From NCBI GenBank assembly GCA_051294375.1, contig JBJCIZ010000511.1, positions 1 through 16,937 of the forward strand: DNA of 16,937 nt, given 5' to 3'. The notes below the pieces were generated by a model. That model was not told where the DNA came from and made no database searches. It saw only the letters and a program-made list of their open reading frames with translations. Numbering within the stretch: the first letter of the stretch is position 1; the number at the start of each line of letters is the position of its first letter. This document shows, piece by piece, positions 1-8,605 of this stretch. Origin of the DNA: Paraspadella gotoi (Eukaryota > Animalia > Chaetognatha). The translations under genes were made by a program, and so were the position numbers.

Positions 1-122
1 AGAAATAGAAACAAAGATGACAATTTAGACTAGAGTAACACAATGTATCAAGAGTACAACGAATTTAGTTTAGGCTAGAAAAGAATAGAGTGGTTGAAAG
101 AAAGTGAAATTTGGTGAAGGCT

Positions 123-150
123 GAGAGAGAGAGAGAGAGAGAGAGAAGAG
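123..150 (+). repeat. (GA)n microsatellite
   Basis: Direct read of the GA dinucleotide run. Confidence 0.95.
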
Positions 151-539
151 AAATAAATAAGTTACATTTGGAGCAACTAGATACCCACATAAAAGAAATT
201 AAATAATTATTAAACACAATTGAGATTTGTGAATCATAAATAACAAAACTAAGAGACTAAAAATTAATTTTGAAGTTAAAATTGAAATGAATGTAAATTT
301 GAAATATAAATTAATTCAGCAGGAGATAGATGATAAGCATAAATACGATTTAGTGAATAAACACAAATAAGAAAAGGCTTCACAGAATTGAAGCAATACG
401 AGACACCAAGCACTCTCAGGTCTTTATGAAATGAAAAAACAGGCTGATGTGCACGGGAATCAATTGGCGCGAAATAATACTGAAGAGAAAAAAGACCAAC
501 GTGAAGGGAATTCAGACTCTCAAATGCTGATCGGCACGA

Positions 540-1030
540 TCCCTGGAAAGAACCCAGAGCTACCCACATGTCCTCTGGCCTGATTATTGCCTGCTCGACG
601 CCCTCTTCTCCTCAATTCGTGATCGGGCCGATGTATTCCACTCTGCCACTTTGCAAGGGACCGGTGGAACCCTCTCTCATCCTCCTGCATGCGTCGTTGG
701 GACGACCGCTTTCAAGCCTCAGAGAAAAGAGACCGAGTTTGCTGCAGAAGTCGGACAGCATCAGATGCCCACTATTGAGCGAAAGCGTCTATCCGCCTGA
801 GTTCGATGAGTATAAAACGGGGGAGCTCAATATAGATCGACTGAGGTGGTGTGGGAACAGTGTGACGACACTTTTATTGATGCGTAATCATAGTTTGGCA
901 GGAGGTCGAATCGAGTCCTCCACACGATTCAAGAAGGTTCGAGGCCTTTATGTAAAATAGCCCTCTAATACCTCTGGAACCATTTGGGTCTGATCGGACA
1001 AGCACGAGACAGTCTTCCTCTCTGAATGAT
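540..1030 (-). pseudogene. Corrupted Ser/Thr protein kinase domain fragment (AGC group, MAST/Greatwall/NDR-like)
   Basis: Minus-strand translation across frameshifts gives kinase subdomains in the right order: MVPEVLEG (cf. MVMEYVEGG), NLLESCGGL, a frameshifted HRDLKPDN-like stretch at 787-808 (CATCGAACTCAGGCGGATAGAC), NSGHLMLSDFCSKLGLFSL (cf. GHIKLTDFGLSKIGLMSL; GHLMLSDF at 747-770), GRVEYIGP (cf. GTPEYIAP; EYIGP at 624-638), DMWVALG (cf. DWWAMG; DMW at 564-572). Stops and indels throughout. Confidence 0.55.
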
Positions 1031-1329
1031 GACCACTGAGCTTGCGTGCTCTGCTATAGCGGAACATATGGGCCCAGCGAGCGTCTTTGTAGGGTCTTAA
1101 AAACATGTGCTGTGAAACGGTCTGAGAGAGAGCTTGGGCCCCTGTCTCGCCGCACATATCTCGCTGCAACTAGGGTTGGTTGCCCGCACCTGAAGACAGG
1201 CCGCCCAATGACGGCTCCCTGATGTTTTCCGGTCTGGAGGATTTGTCTTTCGGTTTCACCAATTGCTCACGAAGAGAGCCGCGGGCCGTCACTGGAGGTG
1301 AGAGCCCTGCTTGCTAGCACCGCACCAAG

Positions 1330-1645
1330 ATGACGTCAGTGATCCCTGGTGGTAGGGGAGGGACAAGTGCCACGTTCTGGGACTTCTGCCTACTTTCCTT
1401 TGCGCGTGTGGGCGCGGTTGGCACTTCGCAGCAAAGATCCCACCTATCCCTGGGGGGGTAGAGGATGTGCCAGACGTCAGCGTTACCCCTGCTGGCCACT
1501 ACCCTCAGCCGGGTTCTGCCGATACCTTGCCTTCTCGAAAGCCACCAGGAGGGTAATTATTGAGCGCCAAGGCTCTTTTGACGTGCTCAAGACTCGGCGG
1601 CCTGAAGCTCGGGGGTCGACGGAATCAGCTGAGGCTTTCTGGTAA
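1330..1645 (+). pseudogene. Mirror-arm copy of the same kinase-like fragment
   Basis: Lies at the symmetric position of the fold-back. GACTTCTGC at 1381 mirrors the DF motif, and ORF 1349-1645 contains YLAF...VIIERQG (cf. MAST YIAPEVILRQG). More degraded than the left arm. Confidence 0.4.
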
Positions 1646-1986
1646 GGGATCTGACCGTTGCAAGGCTTATGACTCAAGGAGCATGAGGAATAAAGGGAAT
1701 GTACTGGTCTGTGTCCGTTGGTTCCGATAAAACCGTAAATCCAATGAAACCGCCCTCTTTGCGTGAAATCAGCTCATTTTGAGCCTTTTCATACATCTAT
1801 ATATTTCACTAAATTTTTACTTATCTATCCCTCTGAATTAAACTCTTATAATTTCAAATTTATTCCATTTCAATTTTTCAAACTTCAAAATTGAATATTA
1901 TTGCAGATTTTGTATTAGACAAAAATCAAGTTTGTTTAATTTATCTTTGTGTGACATTTGCTCAAATGTAATTACTGTGATTTATT

Positions 1987-2018
<32 letters not shown>

Positions 2019-2021
2019 CTC
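1987..2021 (+). repeat. (CT)n microsatellite, mirror of 123-150
   Basis: Direct read; its flanks match the reverse complement of the flanks of 123-150. Confidence 0.95.
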
Positions 2022-2153
2022 ACCTCACCAAATTTCTATTTCTTTTCAACCACTTATTCTATCTCACCTAAACTGAAATTCTGTCCTCTGGAGGAGGAGA
2101 CGACCACTAATCGTCTCTCAATTCTTTTAGATGGCAAACTTTTAACCTCTTCG

Positions 2154-2216
2154 TCTCTCTCTCTCTCTCTTCTCTCTCTCTTTCTCTTTCTCTTTCTTCT
2201 CTCTCTCTCTTTCTTT
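2154..2216 (+). repeat. Imperfect (CT)n microsatellite
   Basis: Direct read; accounts for the low-complexity ORFs 1932-2264 and 2054-2452. Confidence 0.9.
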
Positions 2217-2615
2217 AACCACAAATTGTCCCCATTTTCACAACTGTCAAAGCGCTTGACATGAAGACTCGAAAATCCTAGTCGAACATCAGTCTCAACT
2301 ATTAATAATAAAGATCGTTGTAAACAATTCAAATTCCTTCGTAAATCTCTATACAATATACAACAACGAAAAGAAAGGATATACCATGGATAAATATTTT
2401 TTATATTCATGATCTTATTTCCTTGAAACCTAACAATAATAATATTCCCCATATTTTACATATTAAAAAAAACACCTGGCATTTTTTGTAAAAGTTTACT
2501 CCTACTCTACATTACTTGATACATAAAAACTACCAATTGATAGGATCAAAATTTAATAATAGTAAAAAACAGAATTCAACAATATAATAATAATCATTCA
2601 TCAGTTATCAATTGT

Positions 2616-2709
2616 TTATGGATTTTTTGGCTTTTTTTCAAATCTATTTGGAGGTAGCTTAAATGCTTTCCAATTGTTTCCTCTTTCCCATTTGGCTAAA
2701 TATTTATAT
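2616..2709 (-). CDS. Possible terminal exon of an unknown small protein (YKYLAKWERGNNWKAFKLPPNRFEKKPKNP*)
   Basis: TTTTTTTTCAG acceptor on the minus strand at 2720-2710, followed by an open frame of 30 codons to TAA at 2618-2616 within AT-rich flanks. No recognised homology. Confidence 0.25.
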
Positions 2710-2952
2710 CTGAAAAAAAATATTAGGCATATTATAAACAAGTTTGAGCAATCAATGTCGGATCTGTCTATGATTATTAAGCGGTAATTAGCTAATCAGA
2801 TGATAAATCAATTATGATCATAACTGATCATAACAGATTGTACCATACCAAACCAGTTGCTGCACCAATAAATGTAAATCGCTTGCAACAATTCAACTGA
2901 ACTGTTTCTATGGTAGTAATAATAAATTATAAATATTTTTTAAAACTTTTTA

Positions 2953-3270
2953 TTTAACTTGCATCTTATTTTCCACTTGCCTCATTTTTTCAACATGCAA
3001 TATTTTTTAAACATGCATCATTTTTAAAACATTCATCATTTTTTAAAGTAGCATCATTTTTTAAATTAGCATCATTTTTTTAACTTGCATCATTTTTTTA
3101 ACTCTCGTCATTTTTTACTCTCACATTATTTTTATAAACTCTTTCCATTTTTTAACTTACATACTTTTTTTAACTCGTAAAATATTTCAAACTTGCATCT
3201 TTTTTCAATTTGTATGATTTTTGCTACTCAAATCATTTTTTTCAACTTACATCATGTTTTCACTTTGTAT
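2953..3270 (+). repeat. AT-rich minisatellite, ~19-20 bp unit (consensus ~AACTTGCATCATTTTTTT), about 16 degenerate copies
   Basis: Repeated AAC(T/A)TGCATCATTTTTT motifs read directly. Confidence 0.85.
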
Positions 3271-3451
3271 AGAATCAAATTCCTAAACTTGATCCCAAAC
3301 CTTTTTTCCAAATGTTTTTATATTTTTGGATAGAGAATGACTGGAATAATGTAAATCTTAAGTTACCCATAAATGAACGATAGGAATCCATAACTTTCTA
3401 TTTTTTTATAATTTCTGGGTAAAAAAATATAATGAATTACATTAACATTGG

Positions 3452-4384
3452 GTTCTAGTTGGTTGGCGACTTCGCCATGGCGATATCGCCAGGGGTTCGG
3501 CGATGTCGCCAGTCCCCCCACTGGCGACCTTGCCAGTGATATAAGTAGCAAATATAATGAAAAGCGCAGCTAACAAGGGGATGAACATCATCTACGGGCT
3601 CCTCTCCCAAACCTAACCCTAAACTAGACCTTTCGCTCAACTCTGTGCCTCTCCCCTAACCCTAACCCAAGCCTGGGCCTCCCATTCACATCTCCGTGCC
3701 TTCTAACCCATCCCAACCCAACCACCTTCGATGCATTCAACCACGGGCCCCTCCCCCAACTCCTAACCTAAACCGGCTTCCCGTTCAACTCTGTTCTCTT
3801 CCCCTAACCCGTAACCCAGGGCGGGGCCTCCGGCGTTACACCTCCGCTGCCTAACCCTAACCCTAACCGCCCTTCGATGCATCAACCCACGGGCCCCTCC
3901 CCCAACCCGTATCCCTAAACCAAGCTCCCGTCAATGTCCTATCTCCCTAACCAGGCCCGTCTCCCGTTACATCTCCGTGGCCCTCAACCCTACCCTAAAC
4001 GCCTTCGATGCATCAACCACGGGCCCTCTCCCATACCCAACCCTAAACCGAGCCTTCCCGTTTCAACGTGCGATGCCTCCCGTACATCTCGTGCCTCAAC
4101 CCAATCTTCCCTCGCCGAGGGCCTCCTGGTCATCAACAAACACCCCTCCCTACCCCTATCCCTAAGAATTGAATTAATTATGAAGCCTAAAATAAATTAA
4201 CTAACTCAAACCCTACACCCTAGACCCTAAACCTACTCTAACTCCTAACAATAAATCCTCAACACCTAAGCCTAACTACTACCAACTCAACCCTAACCAT
4301 AAACCAACTCAACACTAACCCTAAACCATCTCAACCCTAACCCTAATCTGAGTTTAGTTTAGGCAGAATCGCCATAACTAGAAC
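3452..4384. mobile_element. Putative non-autonomous element (MITE or Helentron/HINE-like) bounded by inverted repeats
   Basis: Left end GTTCTAGTTGGTTGGCGACTTCGCC (3452-3476) matches the reverse complement of GGCAGAATCGCCATAACTAGAAC (4362-4384). Stacked small palindromes TGGCGACTTCGCCA, TGGCGATATCGCCA, GGCGATGTCGCC and CTGGCGACCTTGCCAG at the left end. Internal CCCTAA-rich repeats; no coding capacity. Confidence 0.55.
3594..4346 (+). repeat. Degenerate telomere-like CCCTAA repeats embedded in ~130-150 bp tandem units (about 4 copies), then ~22-bp AACTCAACCCTAACCCTAAACC-type repeats
   Basis: ACGGGC unit anchors at 3594, 3743, 3889 and 4019; CCTTCGATGCAT(T)CAACC recurs; many TAACCCTAA motifs; shorter repeats at 4200-4346. 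Confidence 0.8.
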
Positions 4385-4444
4385 GCTAGATGTAGTTCAC
4401 AGCTAAACCGCCAAATGGCGGGGGCGTCTTGGCTAAGTCTCGAA

Positions 4445-6489
4445 ACCCCATTGACGAATCTTTTAACATGCGGACAACCAAGAGCGGTACTTAGGTTGGG
4501 AGAAAGAACTTCTCTCTATGGGCAAGTCTAGGTAAGGGGAAGTTCTTTCTAAAAACCTAAGTACCGTGATCGCTAGGCCCACGGTCTGGTCCGATCACGC
4601 ACTGTGGCTTCCAATCGTCGGTAATACATGCGTCAAACCATTGGGTAGTTCGGGTCCCCTGAGTCAACTCAACTACTCTCTACGGGCACATCTGGGTAAG
4701 GGGAAGTTCTTTCTCTGAGCCTAATTACTGCTTTTGGTTGTCCGCATGTGAAAACATTTCTCAATGGGGCTCGCGGGACCCTTGTGATTGCCAGACCCAC
4801 GGTCTGGTCCGCAAGAAGGGGCCGAGCGGTGTCCCACGCCAGGACTGCGACTTCCAATCGTTGGTAACACATGCGTCGAACCATTGGAAAGTTCGTGTCC
4901 CATAGAGTAGTCAAGTCGACTCCCGGGACCCGAACTACCCAATGTTTCGACGCATGTATTACCGATGATTGGAAGCCGCAGTCCCGGCGTGGGACACCGC
5001 TTGGCCCCTTCTTGCGTAATCGGACCAGACCATCGGCCTGGCGATTACGAGGGTCCTGCAACCCCCATTGAGAAATGCTTTCACACGCAGACAACCAAGA
5101 GCAATACTTAGGCTCAGAAAAAGAACTTCCCCTTACCAAGACGTGCCCGTAGAAAGTAGTTGACTCCCGGGACCCGAACTACCCAATGGTTCGACACATG
5201 TATTACCAACGATTTGGAAGCCGCAGTCCCGCTGTGGGATACCGCTCGGCCCCCTGGGTGATCGGACCAGCCCGGTGGCCTGGCGATCACGAGGGTCCCG
5301 CCACCCCCAATTGAGAAATGTTTTCACATGCAGACAACCAAGAGCAATACTTAGGCTCAGAGAAAGAACTTCCCCTTACCCAGACATGCCCGTAGAGAGT
5401 AGTTGAGTTGACTCAGGGGACCCAAACTACCCAATGGTTCGACGCATGTGTTACCGACGATTTGAAGCTGCAATCCCGGCGTGGGACACCGCTCGGCCCC
5501 TTCTTGCGTAATCGGACCAGACCGTGGGCCTGGTGATCACAAGGGTCCCGCGAACCCCATTTAGAAATGTTTTCACACACGGACAACCATGAGCAGTACT
5601 TAGTCTCAGAGAAAGAACTTCCTCTCACCCAGATGTGCCCGTAGAGAGTAGTTGAGTTGACTCATGGGACCTAAACTACCCATTGGTTCGACGCATGTGT
5701 TACCGACGATTTGAAGCCGCAGTCCCGGCGTGGAACACCGCTCGGCCCCTTCTTGCGTAATCGGACCAGACCATGGGCCTGGCGATCACGAGGGTCCCGC
5801 GACCCCCATTGAGAAATGTTTTCACACGCGGACAACCAAGAGCAATACTTAGGCTCGGAGAAAGAACTTCCCCTTACCCAGACATTCCCATAGAGAGTAG
5901 TTGAGTTGACTCAGGGGACCCGAACTACCCAATGGTTCGACGCATGTGTTACCGACGATTGGAAGCCGCAGTCCCGGCGTGGGACACCGCTCGGCTTCTT
6001 CTTGCGTAATTGGACCAGACCGTGAGCTTAGCAATCACGAGGGTCCCGCGACCCTCATTGAGAAATGCTTTCACACGCAGACAACCAGGAGCAATACTTA
6101 GGCTCAGAGAAAGAACTTCCCCTTACCCAGACATGCCCGTAGAGAGTAGTTGAGTTGACTCAGGGGACCCGAACTACCCAATGGTTCGACGCATGTGTGA
6201 CCGACGATTAGAAGCCGCAGTCCAGGCGTGGGACACAGCTTGGCCCCTTCTTGCGTAATCGGACTAGACCATGGGCCTGGCGATCCGATTCACAAGGGTC
6301 CGCGACCCCCATTGAGAAATTTTTCACACACGGACAACCAAGAGCAGTAGGCTCAGAGAAAGAATTCCCCTTACCCAGACGTGCCCGTAGAGAGTAGTTG
6401 AGTTGACTCAGGGACCCGAACTACCCAATTTCGACGCATGTGTTACCAACGATTGGAAGCCGCAGTCCCGGCGTGGGACACCGCTCGGC
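4445..6489 (+). repeat. 249-bp tandem satellite, about 6.4 direct units (4900-6489) plus an inverted block (4512-4898) and a short direct fragment
   Basis: Unit anchor GTAGAGAGTAG and variants at 4902, 5149, 5392, 5641, 5890, 6139 and 6387 (spacings 247, 243, 249, 249, 249, 248). Reverse-complement copies at 4512-4898. Confidence 0.95.
5641..5822 (+). promoter_or_regulatory. Pol III type-2 internal promoter-like arrangement within a satellite unit (representative copy)
   Basis: TAGTTGAGTTG (5649-5659) fits A box TRGYNNARNNG; GGTTCGACGC (5685-5694) fits B box GTTCRANNC; TTTT at 5819-5822. The same layout occurs in neighbouring units. The 25-nt A-B gap is shorter than in typical tRNAs. Confidence 0.45.
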
Positions 6490-6590
6490 AAGGGTTACAA
6501 TAACTGTTAACAGTTAACGGTTATTAACGGTTAAAAATGATTTTAACCTCACCGTTAATATATTTATTTTAATGGTTAAATTAGGTTAAT
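6490..6590. mobile_element. Palindrome-rich terminus resembling a DNA transposon/MITE end
   Basis: AGGGTTACAATAACTGTTAACAGTTAACGGTTATTAACGGTTAA begins exactly where the satellite stops. TAACTGTTAACAGTTA (6501-6516) is a perfect palindrome and TAACGGTTA motifs repeat. No partner end seen in the window. Confidence 0.4.
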
Positions 6591-6599
6591 TTTTAAATA

Positions 6600-6960
6600 T
6601 GATTTTTTTTATTTTTTGGTATAAAATCTTTGATTTTTTAAAAGAAAAGTAATTTTTTCTTGTCCTTTCTTATTCTCTTCTCCTTTTCTCACCATATTTT
6701 TTCACCTCTCTCTCACTTTTCCATTTTTACCTGTTTTTTCCTTTGTTATTTTCAACCCTTTTAATTTTTTTTCTATAATAATCTCCTTCAGTACCTTTCT
6801 TTTTCTTTCTCTTTTTTCACCTCCTTCTTTTCCCCCTATTCTTTTCTCTCCTTTTTCTCTCCCTTTTCTTTTACCTTTTTTATTTTTTTTTCTTCCCTTC
6901 CAGTGTTTTTTTCTTTTTCTTACTTATTTTCTCCCAATTTTTTTTGTTTTTCCTTTCAAT
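6600..6960 (+). repeat. Pyrimidine-rich low-complexity tract
   Basis: Mostly T/C runs, read directly. Confidence 0.8.
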
Positions 6961-7451
6961 TAATTTTGAGCCTTTACATCAAAGAATATATTTAAATATA
7001 ATATATAATATTATATATGCACATTCAAATAGTTGCATACATTTTCTTATATAAAATAATATATCCTACTTTGCTATTTTTTATTTCATTCTTTAAAACA
7101 ATGTAATAAATGTAAAAAAATTTGATCTCCCAAGAACCTTCCCAAATCGCCACACATCCTCTCCACCCATACCCCCTACCCAAACAACATTCAACAACCC
7201 CTTGTCTACACTCGACTACCCACTTCCCCCGACTCTCTCCGACTCTCCCCTCCTCCCCCAATCATCCCAAAGCCCCACTACTGGTTGATCGATCACCAGA
7301 GTAGCCAACCAACTATCCACTAATCAACCCTAAAGTGAAAATTGCATATCCACATACAATACAATTCAAATCATTCCATAATCTGACAACTTCCTTAAAC
7401 AAAATTTCATTAAACAAACAATTATTTGATATAACAGAGAGAAGAAAAATT

Positions 7452-7720
7452 ACCTTTTTTTTTCTTTCTCTTCCTCTCTTACAGTAGTGTTACCGCGCCG
7501 ATTTTCCTTCCCCTCTCTCTCAAAAATTTTTTTTTTTCTCCGAGACCCTTTCTTTTTCTTTTTTCTTTCTTTTTCTTTCTTTTCTCTCTCTCTCTCCGAC
7601 TCCTCTCCCCGAATTCTTTCCCCTTTCCTCCCTGTCTATTTCTCCCCGAATTTTTTTTCCTCTCCCCTCCTTTCCACTCCCCCCTCCCCTCCTCCCACAT
7701 TCCAATCCCTCTCTCCCCAC
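7452..7720 (+). repeat. Pyrimidine-rich (CT/T) low-complexity tract
   Basis: Direct read; source of the spurious R/K/E/G-rich and F/S-rich ORFs. Confidence 0.8.
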
Positions 7721-7920
7721 CCGCCATTTGTCAGCCGCCAGCTGTCATCCTTGTCGCGGAGTCTGACTTGTCGGTGATACATACTGACGCCTTCGACGGC
7801 ATCTTCACACTCCTTGAGCAATTTATGACCTCATAAACCTGCCTTAAAGAAAAAGTGGATCAACTGGTCTTCCTTGAACTTTCGTGAAGACTCGGTCAGA
7901 TTCCTCTCCTCATTCAGCTC
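7721..7920 (-). pseudogene. Coding-like segment of unknown family with one in-frame TGA
   Basis: A single frame reads ELNEERNLTESSRKFKEDQLIHFFFKAGL*GHKLLKECEDAVEGVSMYHRQVRLRDKDDSWRLTNGG; the stop is at 7833-7831. Balanced composition between low-complexity flanks, with a possible GT donor at 7720. Confidence 0.35.
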
Positions 7921-8291
7921 CCTCCCCCTTTCTCACCCCCCTTCCTCCTCACACCACCATCCCACACACCGAAAGACAAAAATAAATTATAGCCCCAAGA
8001 AAGAAGAACAAATGTTTTGAACTTCTTAAGTGACACTTTCTGAAACTTAAGTGATATTTTTTTTAACCCTTTTAAGCAACACCTTTCGGTATTATTAAAT
8101 AACATTTTTTCCATTTTATTTAAAATACTTTTCTCCCTGTAACATCTTTTTCTTTCCCTTTCCTTTCTTCCCAGTAGCACTCCTCAGTAACGATTTCCCT
8201 TTTTTCTTTTAAGCAACATTTCTTTTTTCTTTTGAGCAACATTAGGTAACAACTAATTAACAATTTTTTTTCTCTCTCTCATTTTATTTCT

Positions 8292-8437
8292 CACATTAAA
8301 ACACATTGAGTCACATTGAATCACAATTTTTTTCACATTAAGTCACATTGAATCACATTGAGTCACATTGAGTCACATTTTACACATTTTTAACATTATT
8401 ACATTAAGTAACATTTGAGTGACATTTGAGTTACATT
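8292..8437 (+). repeat. 10-bp minisatellite CACATTGAGT, about a dozen degenerate copies
   Basis: CACATTGAGT, CACATTGAAT and CACATTAAGT units read directly. Confidence 0.85.
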
Positions 8438-8605
8438 TTTTTTCATTTCTCATTTTTCTTAATAATATTACTACCAATAAAAAAATTAAGTTCCCAAACT
8501 AAAGTCACAAAAATTAAGTTCCCAAAGTTTTTCCGACGCCAACCCCTTCAGCCCGGTGCCCCCCTTCCCCTATTCTCCCCAAGACGCCAAAGAAAAATCA
8601 TAAAA

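Larger units (their letters stand above)
55..2085. repeat. Long imperfect inverted repeat (fold-back) centred near 1070-1090
   Basis: The reverse complement of ~55-400 aligns colinearly, with many indels, to ~1770-2085: TGGTTGAAA at 91 vs TTTCAACCA at ~2045, (GA)n 123-150 vs (CT)n 1987-2021, AAATTTGGTGA vs TCACCAAATTT. Inner anchors continue the symmetry: GATCCCT 538-544 / AGGGATC 1645-1651, GCAGAAGTC 744-752 / GACTTCTGC 1381-1389, CGAGACAG 1005-1012 / CTGTCTCG 1142-1149. Confidence 0.8.

Noticed and set aside
1483-1677. RT-like motif WRSIITLL in the minus-strand ORF
   Set aside because: No other ordered RT motifs; the region is better explained as the antisense of the kinase-like mirror arm.
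3594-4346. True telomere
   Set aside because: Repeats are degenerate, interstitial and embedded in longer units.
5641-5715. Bona fide tRNA gene
   Set aside because: A and B boxes are present, but acceptor, D, anticodon and T stems do not pair canonically and the spacing is too short.
4669-6034. ORFs within the 249-bp array (unit length divisible by 3)
   Set aside because: The frames I translated from the consensus unit contain at least one stop per unit; the 156-aa ORF is a chimera across the inversion junction; no recognisable domain.
4445-6489. CRISPR array, rDNA/5S cluster, SL RNA or U snRNA cluster
   Set aside because: Whole units repeat with no unique spacers. Resemblance to the 5S internal region (AGAGCGGTACTTAGGTTGGGAGA, ~4481-4503) is confined to one diverged fragment, and SL1/U1/U2 similarities are only a few bases.
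7025-8180. K/R/E/G-rich and F/S/P-rich ORFs
   Set aside because: Products of purine/pyrimidine low-complexity tracts (except the 7721-7920 segment reported separately).
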